The notes beneath the pieces were generated by a model. That model made no database searches. It worked only from the letters and a program-made list of their open reading frames with translations, and was not told where the DNA came from. A DNA stretch of 64,000 nt. Source: Nannocystales bacterium (GTDB lineage: Bacteria > Myxococcota_A > Polyangia > Nannocystales > Nannocystaceae). The position numbers were made by a program, and so were the translations under genes. Location: positions 64,001 through 128,000 of the forward strand of contig JBOEGF010000002.1 in the NCBI GenBank assembly GCA_050633305.1, given 5' to 3'. Numbering within the stretch: the first letter of the stretch is position 1; each line of letters starts with the position of its first letter. Of the stretch, positions 19,747 to 29,871 are shown piece by piece.

Positions 19747-20619
19747 GTAGCAGACGCCGACGTTCTCGTATCCCGGAGGGGCCGTGCCCTCGGCAAACAA
19801 CTCCGAGCACGACACGCCCTCAGGACAGGCCGGCGCATCGAGGTCGCAGAACTCTGAGCAAAGGGGATCCCCGTCCCCCGCACACATCAGACCCGGCAGG
19901 CACTCATCGAACCCACCGCAGGTCTCGCCTTCGTCGAGTTCGCCATGGGGAACGCAGATGAAGTTCTCGAACTGCACGATCACACAACTCTCCCCGTCCG
20001 CGCAGTCCTGGACAAGCGGGTCGCACACCGGGTGGCACTCCCCTTCAAACTCGAACTCCGCGCCCTCAACACAGCCGCCCCCGGACGGAAGCTCGCACAA
20101 GCCCACCTCGACCGAGCCGCCGAACGAGACGCACTCCGCATCACCGCAAGACCCCGGGAACATGAGGTCGCAGTACTGCGCGCAGAGTCCCGCGTCGTTG
20201 CACTGCAGTCCGACTTGGCAATCGTTCGAGGCTTCGCACGCCTCGCCTTCGATGCCCTCGCCCGTCGGAGCGCAAGCGTAGTCATCCCCAACGAGGTAGC
20301 AGCCTTCGCCTTCGAGGCAGTCCTGCACGAGGGGGTCGCAGTTCCCACCGCCCGGGGTGTCATCGCCGTCGCCCGCGTCGGGTAGCCCGGTGTCCGGGGT
20401 GTCGCCAGGATCGTCTCCGGAGTCCGCCGTGCCCGGGGTGTCGCCATCGCCCGGGTCGCCGGGGTCCGCGGTCTCGCCAGGACCCGCGCCGTCACTCATC
20501 GACGCGCCCACCGTCTCGTCGGACGTCTCGCTCTCCCCCACCTCGACATCGACATCACAGGCCGACGACGCGACGAGGAGCATCGAAGTCAGGAACGCTA
20601 GCTTTGTAACTCTGTCCAT
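19744..20619 (-). CDS. Cys-rich repeat lipoprotein
   Basis: ASSAC lipobox, acidic linker, two CDPLVQDC...C...GE.C...C..GL.C...C..[YF]CD repeats; TGATG coupling. Confidence 0.88.
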   Translation of the reverse strand: MDRVTKLAFLTSMLLVASSACDVDVEVGESETSDETVGASMSDGAGPGETADPGDPGDGDTPGTADSGDDPGDTPDTGLPDAGDGDDTPGGGNCDPLVQDCLEGEGCYLVGDDYACAPTGEGIEGEACEASNDCQVGLQCNDAGLCAQYCDLMFPGSCGDAECVSFGGSVEVGLCELPSGGGCVEGAEFEFEGECHPVCDPLVQDCADGESCVIVQFENFICVPHGELDEGETCGGFDECLPGLMCAGDGDPLCSEFCDLDAPACPEGVSCSELFAEGTAPPGYENVGVCY

Positions 20620-21413
20620 CACTCGCCTTGATGTCGGCGCGGCGTTTCGTTTTGCGCGGCACCGCTCAGTTTTTTGCAGGTTCCTTCCGCCTTCGCTCGC
20701 AAGTGGTGAAGCGGATGGTTCTTGGCAAACCCAGCCTTCGCTCGTTTCACATCCTCGATCCGACCCAAGCCACACAAGGCCTCGAGTTCGATCAGGTCTC
20801 GCTCGGCAGCCATCGTGGGTGCAGCGAAGTGACGGCGATGGCTCGCCACGAGCGTCAGAGCCTCGCCGTAGTCACGCCCTCGAACCGCGCGACGTTGTGC
20901 CTTCAAGGACTCGAGCTCGCGTGCGAGCGCCGAGGGCTCGGCCGCGGTATCGGGCGGGACCGTCGGCGCAGGAGGCTCTGCATGCTCCGACGGACGCGCC
21001 TTGCGTCTTGGGGAGTGCACCTTGGATGGGGCCACCGCCTCGGCCTTCGGCGAGAGCACCGCCGGGGGGGAGCCCTGCTGCTGTGCCGGCCGAGCCACGG
21101 CGGGAGCGTGACGCGGTGCCTGCTGGGGCGCATCGTCGTCCGACACGTCCGCCGCTTGGTCTCCACGCTCGGTTGCCACTTCGGGTTGGAGCAGCCGTCC
21201 CGACACGCTCCAAAGCCCCACGAGACCTGCAGCGAGGGTCGTCACCGCCACCACGAGCGCGGCAGCACGGCGACCCGACAAAGGGGCAACCTCGACCTCC
21301 GCCCGCTCTTCCTCGAAACGTGCAAAGGCGGCCTCCGCCTCCGCGTCATCACGCGCATGCTCCTCCTCGACGAACGCATCGAGGTACGCGCCGAGTTTAT
21401 CGTCGTCGATCAC
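20619..21413 (-). CDS. Putative anti-sigma factor (one TM, Pro-rich linker, C-terminal TPR-like domain)
   Basis: Overlaps the sigma stop; TM AAALVVAVTTLAAGLVGLW; LARELESL...ERDLIELEALCGLGR. Confidence 0.75.
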   Translation of the reverse strand: MIDDDKLGAYLDAFVEEEHARDDAEAEAAFARFEEERAEVEVAPLSGRRAAALVVAVTTLAAGLVGLWSVSGRLLQPEVATERGDQAADVSDDDAPQQAPRHAPAVARPAQQQGSPPAVLSPKAEAVAPSKVHSPRRKARPSEHAEPPAPTVPPDTAAEPSALARELESLKAQRRAVRGRDYGEALTLVASHRRHFAAPTMAAERDLIELEALCGLGRIEDVKRAKAGFAKNHPLHHLRAKAEGTCKKLSGAAQNETPRRHQGE

Positions 21414-21949
21414 GTTGCCAGCCCCTCCTTCTCGTGACGCTCAATCGCCGCTGCCACGGCCGCCTTGGCCGCGCGTACATGTCGATACACCGCGTGGGTC
21501 GAGATCTGCAGAAGCGCTGCGGCTTCGACCGCAGCGATCCCCTCCACGACCATCAGCTCGAACGCCTCGGCCCGCGGAGGGTCCATGCGCTCGAGACATG
21601 CGCGAACAAGCCGCGCCCGCTCTTGCTTGAGCACACGCTCGTCGCTCTTCCGGCCCCCTTCGACCGTCTCGACCGGAACGTCCGCCCCGCGGCGGTCTCG
21701 TGTTCCCCGTCGGCGGCGCGCATTGGCACAAACCCGCCACGCCACACCGCGTAGAAACGGCCGCGGCGCATCGAGCTCGAAGTCGGCCTGACGCCGATAG
21801 GCGACCAGGAAGACCTCCTGAACCGCATCATCGGCGTGGGCGTCATCCACCCCGAACCGCCGCACGCATCGGCGCACGAACCCGTGATGCCGGAGAAAGA
21901 AGCGGCGAAAGTCGGGAGACCCCGGAATCGGCTCGACGCGCCCTCTCAT
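21410..21949 (-). CDS. ECF sigma-70 factor
   Basis: DDAVQEVFLVAYRR; EAAALLQISTHAVYRHVRAA. Confidence 0.92.
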   Translation of the reverse strand: MRGRVEPIPGSPDFRRFFLRHHGFVRRCVRRFGVDDAHADDAVQEVFLVAYRRQADFELDAPRPFLRGVAWRVCANARRRRGTRDRRGADVPVETVEGGRKSDERVLKQERARLVRACLERMDPPRAEAFELMVVEGIAAVEAAALLQISTHAVYRHVRAAKAAVAAAIERHEKEGLAT

Positions 21950-22040
21950 CGTCGAGCCTTGCAGCCGGGCGTACCCCACACCCTTGAATGTCGAGAAGGC
22001 ATCGAGTTTTGCGCCCGCGACCGAAAAAAACCGCTCCAGC

Positions 22041-23090
<1,050 letters not shown>

Positions 23091-23213
23091 CTCGTAGCAC
23101 AGTTGGCGCGAACCGCCCCGGGTCGTCGCGCCCGCAGCTCAGCGGATCGGGCTCTCGGCGATCCGCACATCGGGGTGCCGGACCACGCCGCCCAACGCTT
23201 CGACCCTCCGCTG

Positions 23214-23840
23214 CGCTCAAACGAAGCGGAGTGTGAAAGAGCCGATGCGGAGGAGTACGGCGTCCCGTCGTCGAGGGCGGTGATGACGCAGGAGTCGAGC
23301 GGCCGGCTGAGGACGGGGGGCGGAGCGAAGGCCTGGGAGAAAAAAAACGGGCCCGAAGCGGCCGCCAAGCCCCGAGCGCCCAAGATGCGGGTTCGCCGAG
23401 ACGAGCCCTGGCCGAAGCGGCGACCTTCCTAAGCCCAGAGCACTCTGGGCCTGGCCGAGAACAGCTGGAGTTGTCCGCACACCCGCCCACGCGGCGGTGG
23501 CCGAGCGCCGTGAAGCTCGGCGGCGATCCGCATCGGCCCGCGACAGGCGGAGCACACCGAGATCTCGATGCGATACACCCGGGCCCGCAGCGTCATCCAG
23601 GCCAGTCGTGAGCGAGCAGCATCACGCACCTGAGCCTCGAGCAAGGTTATGGTGCCCGGAGCTCCAGGTGTCCGCGAGGGACAACAGCGCGAGCTGCTTG
23701 GGCTCCGGCGCAGCCTCCTCAGCGCAAGACACGAGCGCAGTGCCTGGTGGGCCGACAAGACGCCGTCGTACAGAACCGTGTCCGCCCTGGGCGGAGGGGC
23801 CTGCGCACACAGTCGGGCCAAAAAGGTGTGCGGGCCATCT
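23214..23840 (-). mobile_element. IS91-family (Y2, rolling-circle) transposase 3' remnant plus downstream end (copy 2)
   Basis: FLARLCAQAPPPRADTVLYDGVLSAH...RLAWMTLRARVYRIEISVCSACRGPMRI...ARPPP..GQLQLF resembles the IS91 C-terminus. Confidence 0.85.
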
Positions 23841-23932
23841 AGGCGTAGGTCGGCCCGAAGCGATTCGACGACTCCCAGACTGGTGATCGCACGATGTCCC
23901 CCCCCTCCGTCTCAGACTGCTGTCGAGAGGGT

Positions 23933-24448
23933 CTACGAGCGGCGCAACTCTTCTCGCAACTCAGCGTGAAGCCGAACGTACCAAGCCAACCCCCTACACC
24001 AGCGCCGCAACCCAACTTCGTTCTCGCGGAGGAGCCGGCCTACCTCCTCCTCGATGCACTGAGCGAGCGATGTCCTTTCGACCAAATGACGGGAGACCTC
24101 CTCCAAGCCATAGGCCGACATCGGAGGTACGAACGAGCCGTCCTTGGAGACGAGAACCTGAGCGAGTTCGTTGCCGAGGTTCCAAGCGTCGACAGCGAAT
24201 CCCTCCGGCTCGAGCCATATGCACACGCGCCGCATACCGCTCCCCCCTCTCGCAAGGAACAGACCCATGTCGATGAGTTCCTCCAGCGGGTCGTTGCTCA
24301 CACCGGATGCCCGCTCGTTCAGCTCGAACTCATCGAGTACGAGCCGAAACCCCAACCACCCGACGCTGGGGTCGCGAAGCTCGACCTGCAATCGGGTCGC
24401 GAGGGAGATCCGTGGAAGCGAACTCAGCATCTCCTCGATCTCATCCAC
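23933..24448 (-). CDS. Hypothetical protein
   Basis: 171-aa ORF with globular composition; no motif recognised. Confidence 0.6.
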   Translation of the reverse strand: MDEIEEMLSSLPRISLATRLQVELRDPSVGWLGFRLVLDEFELNERASGVSNDPLEELIDMGLFLARGGSGMRRVCIWLEPEGFAVDAWNLGNELAQVLVSKDGSFVPPMSAYGLEEVSRHLVERTSLAQCIEEEVGRLLRENEVGLRRWCRGLAWYVRLHAELREELRRS

Positions 24449-24631
24449 GCCGGCTCCAGACTAGCCCGTTCTGCCTTGTGGGGTCTCCGCAAACTCAAAG
24501 CATCGGACACACTCCGGTCGCATACGCGTTTGCTCGGCTCGGCGGCCCGCGGAAATCACCGGCGCCATGTTTTCTGCGCGTCACATCGGTGAAGTGGTCA
24601 CGTCTCCCTCAACAGACGAGGAGAGAACCCC

Positions 24632-25036
24632 ATGAAGACCCCACGCCCTCACATTCCGCGACGCACCACGACAGCCGCGACACTGGCCGTCGCGTTCGTC
24701 GTCGCCCTGCTCGGCGATACGACGACGGCCCAGGCCCAGGCCAGAGCCCGCGCCAACAGCTGCAACAACCAGGAGGCTGACTGCACGAGCATGGCCAACT
24801 CGATCGCGCGGCGCTCGTTCAAGTCCGGCGTGAAGTCGATCGTCTGCACTTCGGCGAACACCGCGACCGTCAAGCTCGACAACGGTTTCGTGGTGCAGAC
24901 GGGCTGGCTCGGCGGGTTTGCCACGGGTGCCGTACTCGACGGCTTCTCGGGCCTGCACTTCCGGAACTGCGCGTTCACATACACATGTCCGCACTCCGGG
25001 ATCCAGTTCAACAAGGTGTTCTGCACGAACGGCTGA
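24632..25036 (+). CDS. Small secreted protein with six Cys
   Basis: GAGGAG RBS; signal peptide ending near AQA; strong host codon usage. Confidence 0.8.
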   Translation: MKTPRPHIPRRTTTAATLAVAFVVALLGDTTTAQAQARARANSCNNQEADCTSMANSIARRSFKSGVKSIVCTSANTATVKLDNGFVVQTGWLGGFATGAVLDGFSGLHFRNCAFTYTCPHSGIQFNKVFCTNG

Positions 25037-25249
25037 CACACGCGACGAGCGACCCCATCGAGAGCGAGGTCGGAACGCCCGTCCCCACCCACGTGGACGA
25101 CGAAGAGGACGAGACGGCACCGCGCGCGTTCGCGAAGGCATACGAGCTCGACGTCGACGAACTTGGAGCGGCGTGAACCGAACCGCAACGGCGGCTAAGC
25201 GCGAAGCGAAATGGACTGGGAAGTCACGCCGCCCGTGAAAGACAACGTG

Positions 25250-25621
25250 TCAGCTCATGGTGTGCACGTTGAGCTTGTTGCCGTCCAAGTCTCGGAAGTA
25301 CGCAGCGAAGAAGCCGCCCGAGCCGCGGGACCCTGGCTCGCCTTCGTCGGTCCCACCCAACTCGAGCGCCTTCGCGTGCATGGCCGCGACCTTCGACGGG
25401 TCGGCCGCGGCCAACGCGACCATCACGCCGTTTCCGACCGAAGCCGGACGCCCGTCGAAGGGGACGTGGATGGAGAACATGGAAGACCGCCCCGGAGCGC
25501 CCCAGACGATGAAGTCCTCGGCCTCGAGCGTTCGGGTAGCGCCCATCAGCGCGAGCAGAGCGTCGTAGAACGCAGCGGCTCGTTCGAGATTGCGGGTGCC
25601 CAGCGAGGTGTAACCGATCAT
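25250..25621 (-). CDS. VOC/glyoxalase family protein
   Basis: MIGYTSLGTRNLERAAAFYD...GNGVMVAL...GGTDEGEPG.R...AYFRDLDGNKL. Confidence 0.95.
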   Translation of the reverse strand: MIGYTSLGTRNLERAAAFYDALLALMGATRTLEAEDFIVWGAPGRSSMFSIHVPFDGRPASVGNGVMVALAAADPSKVAAMHAKALELGGTDEGEPGSRGSGGFFAAYFRDLDGNKLNVHTMS

Positions 25622-25665
25622 GGGCCGTATCTTGGAGCTTGCGAATCTGAACGCCACGAGCAAAA

Positions 25666-26595
25666 TTGGCGGAGGGGTTTGCAGATCTGACGAGCACAGA
25701 GCGATGGGATTGGAACGCGCTGAAGGTGTTCTTGGCCGTCCAGGTCGACGGAACCCTGGCGGGCGCCGCGAGGGAACTCGGAGTGAGCCACTCGACGGTG
25801 TTCCGACGGCTCAACGCGCTGGAGGCGGAGCTGGGAGGACGGCTCTTCGACCGTGCCGCGGGCAACTACACGCTCACCGCGGTCGGCGAGGAGATGTTGG
25901 TCCACGCGCGCGGCATCGCAGAGTCGTTCGACGAGCTCGAACGACGAATCGTCGGGCGGGATGTGAAGCCCCACGGCACGGTGGTGCTCACCGCACCCAG
26001 CAGCTTCGCGTACACGCACCTCCCCGGCTACCTCGCCCGGTTCGCGGCCCAGTGCCCCGAGATCGATGTCGAGCTCCTGGTCAGCAACTCCGTCGTCAAC
26101 CTCAGCACCCGCCAGGCCGACGTCGCGATTCGAGTGGCGTCTTCACCCGCCGATCACTTGGTGGGCCGCCAGGTCGCCACGGTCCGGTGGGGTCTCTACG
26201 CGAGCCCAGCCTACGTCGAGAGCCACGGCTCACCAGCATCGCAAGACGACCTCGGAGGACATCGACTGATCGGTGCTGCCGGCCGCCTGCGAGACTCTCC
26301 CGTGTTTACGTGGTTGGAGCGGACGCACCTACGGGACATCGTGGTGAGGACCGACGACCTTATCGCGATGAGCCATTTGGCGAGGGCCGGGCACGGTGTC
26401 GCTCCGCTTCCGGATGACCTCGCCTTGCAAGGACTCGAGCGGGTCTGTGCGTTGCATCGTGCGGGGACCAACCGGGTCTGGGTGCTGACACATCCAGACC
26501 TGCGCAAGGTCGAGCGTGTGCGGCTGACCATGCGGTTTCTGTCGGAGGCGCTCTCGGGCGATGCATCGTTCGCAGCCCGCCCGTCCCCCTCGTAG
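25666..26595 (+). CDS. LysR family regulator (start ambiguous, possible 1-nt frameshift)
   Basis: DWNALKVFLAV...GTLAGAARELGVSHSTVFRRL; WVLTHPDLR; divergent from the VOC gene. Confidence 0.92.
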   Translation: MAEGFADLTSTERWDWNALKVFLAVQVDGTLAGAARELGVSHSTVFRRLNALEAELGGRLFDRAAGNYTLTAVGEEMLVHARGIAESFDELERRIVGRDVKPHGTVVLTAPSSFAYTHLPGYLARFAAQCPEIDVELLVSNSVVNLSTRQADVAIRVASSPADHLVGRQVATVRWGLYASPAYVESHGSPASQDDLGGHRLIGAAGRLRDSPVFTWLERTHLRDIVVRTDDLIAMSHLARAGHGVAPLPDDLALQGLERVCALHRAGTNRVWVLTHPDLRKVERVRLTMRFLSEALSGDASFAARPSPS

Positions 26596-26636
26596 CCTTC
26601 CCAGCACTTCGATGGTCGCTGACGCCACCGTTCCCT

Positions 26637-26713
26637 CAGAGGTCCGGCAGAGGTCCGGCAGAGGTCCGGCAGAGGTCCGGCAGAGGTCCGGCAGAGGTCC
26701 GGCAGAGGTCCGG
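26637..26713. repeat. Intergenic tandem repeat, CAGAGGTCCGG x7, perfect
   Basis: Seven identical 11-bp units between convergent genes. Confidence 0.97.
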
Positions 26714-26739
26714 TGGTCGTCTTCTCGACCAGGCGTGCG

Positions 26740-27204
26740 CTACTCGCAAGTTGCGAGCCCGGCGCAGTTGGCCAGGCCCGAGACGTCGAGCATGCCCGAT
26801 CGGCACGTGACATTGTCTTCGAAGCACTCGAACAGACCATTGCCGTCGAGGTCACAAGGGATGTTCGCGTACGCACTACAGTCGACGCCAGTCTGTGCAC
26901 CGTCGAAGCCGCACTGCAAAGATCCCAGAGAATCGGCCCACGCCTCGCAGGCGGCGACGTTGTCGAAGTCACCGCTGGAATTGTTGCCGTTTGTCGTGTC
27001 AGGGGTGTCTTCCGGAGGGGTCCAGGACACGTCCACACAGCGATCCGACAAGCACGTGAGGCCGTTGAGACACTTGTAGTCGACCGTGCATGGGCAGGTC
27101 TCCGAACCGTCCGGACAAGAGTCGGAATCAGAATCGGAGTCGCACGCCGAGCACAGCGCGATCGCCAAGCATCCGAGTTGCAGAATCTTCGACGAAAGGT
27201 TCAT
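26740..27204 (-). CDS. Cys-rich lipoprotein
   Basis: LCSAC lipobox, CPDGSETCPC...C..GLTC....C module; ATGA overlap with the upstream gene. Confidence 0.85.
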   Translation of the reverse strand: MNLSSKILQLGCLAIALCSACDSDSDSDSCPDGSETCPCTVDYKCLNGLTCLSDRCVDVSWTPPEDTPDTTNGNNSSGDFDNVAACEAWADSLGSLQCGFDGAQTGVDCSAYANIPCDLDGNGLFECFEDNVTCRSGMLDVSGLANCAGLATCE

Positions 27205-27683
27205 TGCCGTTCTCCCAACAGTTCGCCGCAATCAAGGTCGGACAAACAAGCGCTCTGCTCGGCGCCAAGCAAGCCAACCTGCTCGGGGTCGAGCCCTGCG
27301 AAGTAGCCCGTGGAACCGTAGCCGTAGCCTGTCGTCCCGTATGGGTAACCCGTCGTCCCGTATGGGTAGCCCGTTGTCCCGTATGGGTAGCCCGTCGACC
27401 CCGAGCCCGACGAACCGCCGCCAGGCCACCCGTCGCCGGTCCCCGAGTCGTTGCTGTCGTTCCCGCCGGGCCCCGTCTCGGTCGAGGCCGCACCACCCGA
27501 GCCACCGGACTCGACGGAGAGCGGCTCCACGTCATTACAAGCGCGGCCGAGGCGGTCGGGGTCGCACGGCGGAATGGCGGGTGCTTCTTCGTCGCATGCG
27601 CTCAAGCCTCCGAGCGAGAATAGAAAGATCCAGTTCGACTTCCGAGACACAGGATTCACCTTCTTTGCCGCTGCGACCTGCAT
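27201..27683 (-). CDS. Lipoprotein with TGYPYGT repeats
   Basis: GLSAC lipobox, Gly/Ser linker, heptad Tyr repeats; start may be GTG near 27650. Confidence 0.75.
   Translation of the reverse strand: MQVAAAKKVNPVSRKSNWIFLFSLGGLSACDEEAPAIPPCDPDRLGRACNDVEPLSVESGGSGGAASTETGPGGNDSNDSGTGDGWPGGGSSGSGSTGYPYGTTGYPYGTTGYPYGTTGYGYGSTGYFAGLDPEQVGLLGAEQSACLSDLDCGELLGERQ
27303..27398 (-). repeat. Coding 21-bp tandem repeat, about 4.5 copies
   Basis: GTAGCCCGTCGTCCCGTATGG-like units with mostly synonymous variation. Confidence 0.9.
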
Positions 27684-27828
27684 GCGACGGCGGGCAAGCT
27701 ACCCCGCCCGCCCTGTCGATGCCATCCTGATTTTCCCAGGCGCCGAGAGCCCTCCGTGCGCCGGCGCCGTGGACGCCCATCGCACCCGAGCGAGAGTCGC
27801 GGAACGGCGCCCCTTGGCCCCTACTGGG

Positions 27829-29802
27829 TCAATCCGCGGGCGCGAGAGGCAGAATCACGTGAGAGGCAAAACCGGCCCCATGTCGGACCGTCCACGTCGG
27901 GTCGCCCTCGGCAGGGTAGCGGGCGAAGTTGGCGGCGTCTGCTCCCGCCAACGCGATTCGAATGCGATGGCCAGCTTCGACGCGCACGCTCGTGGGTCGC
28001 AAGCGAAGCGTGACCTCCATCGTTTCACCCGGGACGACCGGCTGTCCGTCGGCCGTTTCGAAACTGTGCAGTGCCGGGGAGTCGGGGTCGACGGCACGAT
28101 GCAGGAGCCGGAGCTGCCCCTCACTCAGGTACGTGACGCTTCCATCGGGCGCGACGTCCTCGAGGTATGCGAACAATGCTCCGTCATCGTGGGTCGTCGA
28201 AAGGTGCACTGTGACCTCAGCCGCCCCCGTGATGCGGGTGTCTGCGGACAGAGGCGCCCCGGTGTACGTGATCAGCTTGTTGTCTTCCTCGGCCCGGTCC
28301 GGATAGATCACATCGCCGTCGAGCTGTGTCCACCAGCGGTTGGTCTGTCCAGTCGTCGCGGTGTAGTCCACAGCGTAGGTCAGGTCGGTCTGTGAAGCCG
28401 GCAGCGCATCGAGCAGGGTACCCGTGCCGAAGAACATCGTGGTTGCCGCCACGTCGGCCGGCGGCCAGGTGTCGGTGGTCCGCCAAACGCCCTCGTTCAT
28501 CGTGTAGTAGCGAATCTCGCGGACATCCTGCACCGACGCATCGCTGGCCAAGTGCTGCGTGAAGAAGTCGACGATGTCGAGCTGCTGTTCTTCCACAGTT
28601 GGCGCAACAGGGGCGTCGGGCGCGAGGTACGGGTCGGCGTCTTCATCGGCCCCGTGGTTCCACGCGCCAATGATCACGCGGTGCGAGCCCTTCGACCCGG
28701 CGTAGACATTGAGCGCCGAGTCGGCTGTTCCGGCGTCGAGCCAGCTCGCCCAGCCGTAGACCGCAGCGCCGCCGCGATCGAGCGCATCCAAGTCCTCCAC
28801 GAACGAGATATCGGCGAACGATGCATCGCCGGCAAAGGCATCGTCGCGGTAGGTCGCGGCAAGACCCGCTTGATGGACGTCGAGATTGTTCGCGTGCCCG
28901 GCGACGGCCTCGGCCGCCAGCGCGCCTTTGGGATCCTCATCCGCCCACTTGGGTCCCCGCAGGACCATCTCCACCGTCGCGCACTCCTCTTCAGGGGCGA
29001 GCGCACAGACGTCCGCGCTGTCCAACACATGGTTGAAGGCCGCCCACTCCTGCACGAAGCGTTCGTTGTAAACGCCTCCGGGCACGCCTGGGGAGTCGTA
29101 GGGGTCCGAGTCGTAGAACCTTGGAACGACAGCTTTCACCCCGCTGCGTCCCGACGTCGCCAGAAACGCTGCGGTGTTGCCGTCGTAGCTCACTCCGACT
29201 GCGCCTACGTTGCCGTTCGACCATGACTGCTCCACCAGCCAGTCGACCACCTCTCCGTGGTCTTCTCGCTCGGCCTCGGTCCAGGGCCCCTGACGGGATC
29301 CGAAAGATGCACCGCTGCCACGGGCATCCACGGTGACATACGCGAAGCCGTGCGCGGTGTATCGCGCGGCCTCCTCGGGGGACTCATCGAACATCGGCAA
29401 GGCCCACTGCATCGCGCGCCAGTATCGAGTCATCCGCATGACCGTGGGAACGGCGTCCCCGTCGAGGGCCGCATCAGGCAGCCAAACATCGACGGCGATC
29501 CGAGTGCCATCGGCCATCTCGATGTAGCGCGACACCCGGGGCGCAAGCGCCTCTCCGCCCGTCGTCGAGGATGAGGAGTCAGTCTCCCCCGTGCTTCCAG
29601 AGTCCGCCGAGGATGTCTCACCTTCGGAGGTCGAGCCCGACGATGACTCGGCACCCACCGTTGCAGCATCGGTCGTCGAGCCAGGCCCAGTCGAACCGTC
29701 GCCCGTCGAGCTTTCGCCACCACCAGAGCTGGAGTCCCCGGTGCAGGCGACAAGGAGTGCGAGTCCGACCATGGTGGCGTGGGATGCTTTGATCCAAGAC
29801 AT
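27829..29802 (-). CDS. CocE/NonD family hydrolase (S15-like), lipoprotein
   Basis: DGTRIAVDVWLP, VDARGSGASFG, WSNGNVG..GVSYDG nucleophile motif, GHRIRIALAGAD. Confidence 0.95.
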   Translation of the reverse strand: MSWIKASHATMVGLALLVACTGDSSSGGGESSTGDGSTGPGSTTDAATVGAESSSGSTSEGETSSADSGSTGETDSSSSTTGGEALAPRVSRYIEMADGTRIAVDVWLPDAALDGDAVPTVMRMTRYWRAMQWALPMFDESPEEAARYTAHGFAYVTVDARGSGASFGSRQGPWTEAEREDHGEVVDWLVEQSWSNGNVGAVGVSYDGNTAAFLATSGRSGVKAVVPRFYDSDPYDSPGVPGGVYNERFVQEWAAFNHVLDSADVCALAPEEECATVEMVLRGPKWADEDPKGALAAEAVAGHANNLDVHQAGLAATYRDDAFAGDASFADISFVEDLDALDRGGAAVYGWASWLDAGTADSALNVYAGSKGSHRVIIGAWNHGADEDADPYLAPDAPVAPTVEEQQLDIVDFFTQHLASDASVQDVREIRYYTMNEGVWRTTDTWPPADVAATTMFFGTGTLLDALPASQTDLTYAVDYTATTGQTNRWWTQLDGDVIYPDRAEEDNKLITYTGAPLSADTRITGAAEVTVHLSTTHDDGALFAYLEDVAPDGSVTYLSEGQLRLLHRAVDPDSPALHSFETADGQPVVPGETMEVTLRLRPTSVRVEAGHRIRIALAGADAANFARYPAEGDPTWTVRHGAGFASHVILPLAPAD

Positions 29803-29871
29803 GGCCTGATCGTGAAGCCGCAGGGCCGCCCTGACATCGGACGCCTCATGCCAAAAAGGGGACCCCATGCG

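Noticed and set aside
26637..26713. CRISPR array
   Set aside because: 11-bp units directly adjacent with no spacers, and no cas genes
27201..29802. RiPP cluster (Tyr-repeat precursor plus peptidase)
   Set aside because: No maturase or transporter nearby; the repeat protein has a lipobox and the CocE gene is paired with AraC
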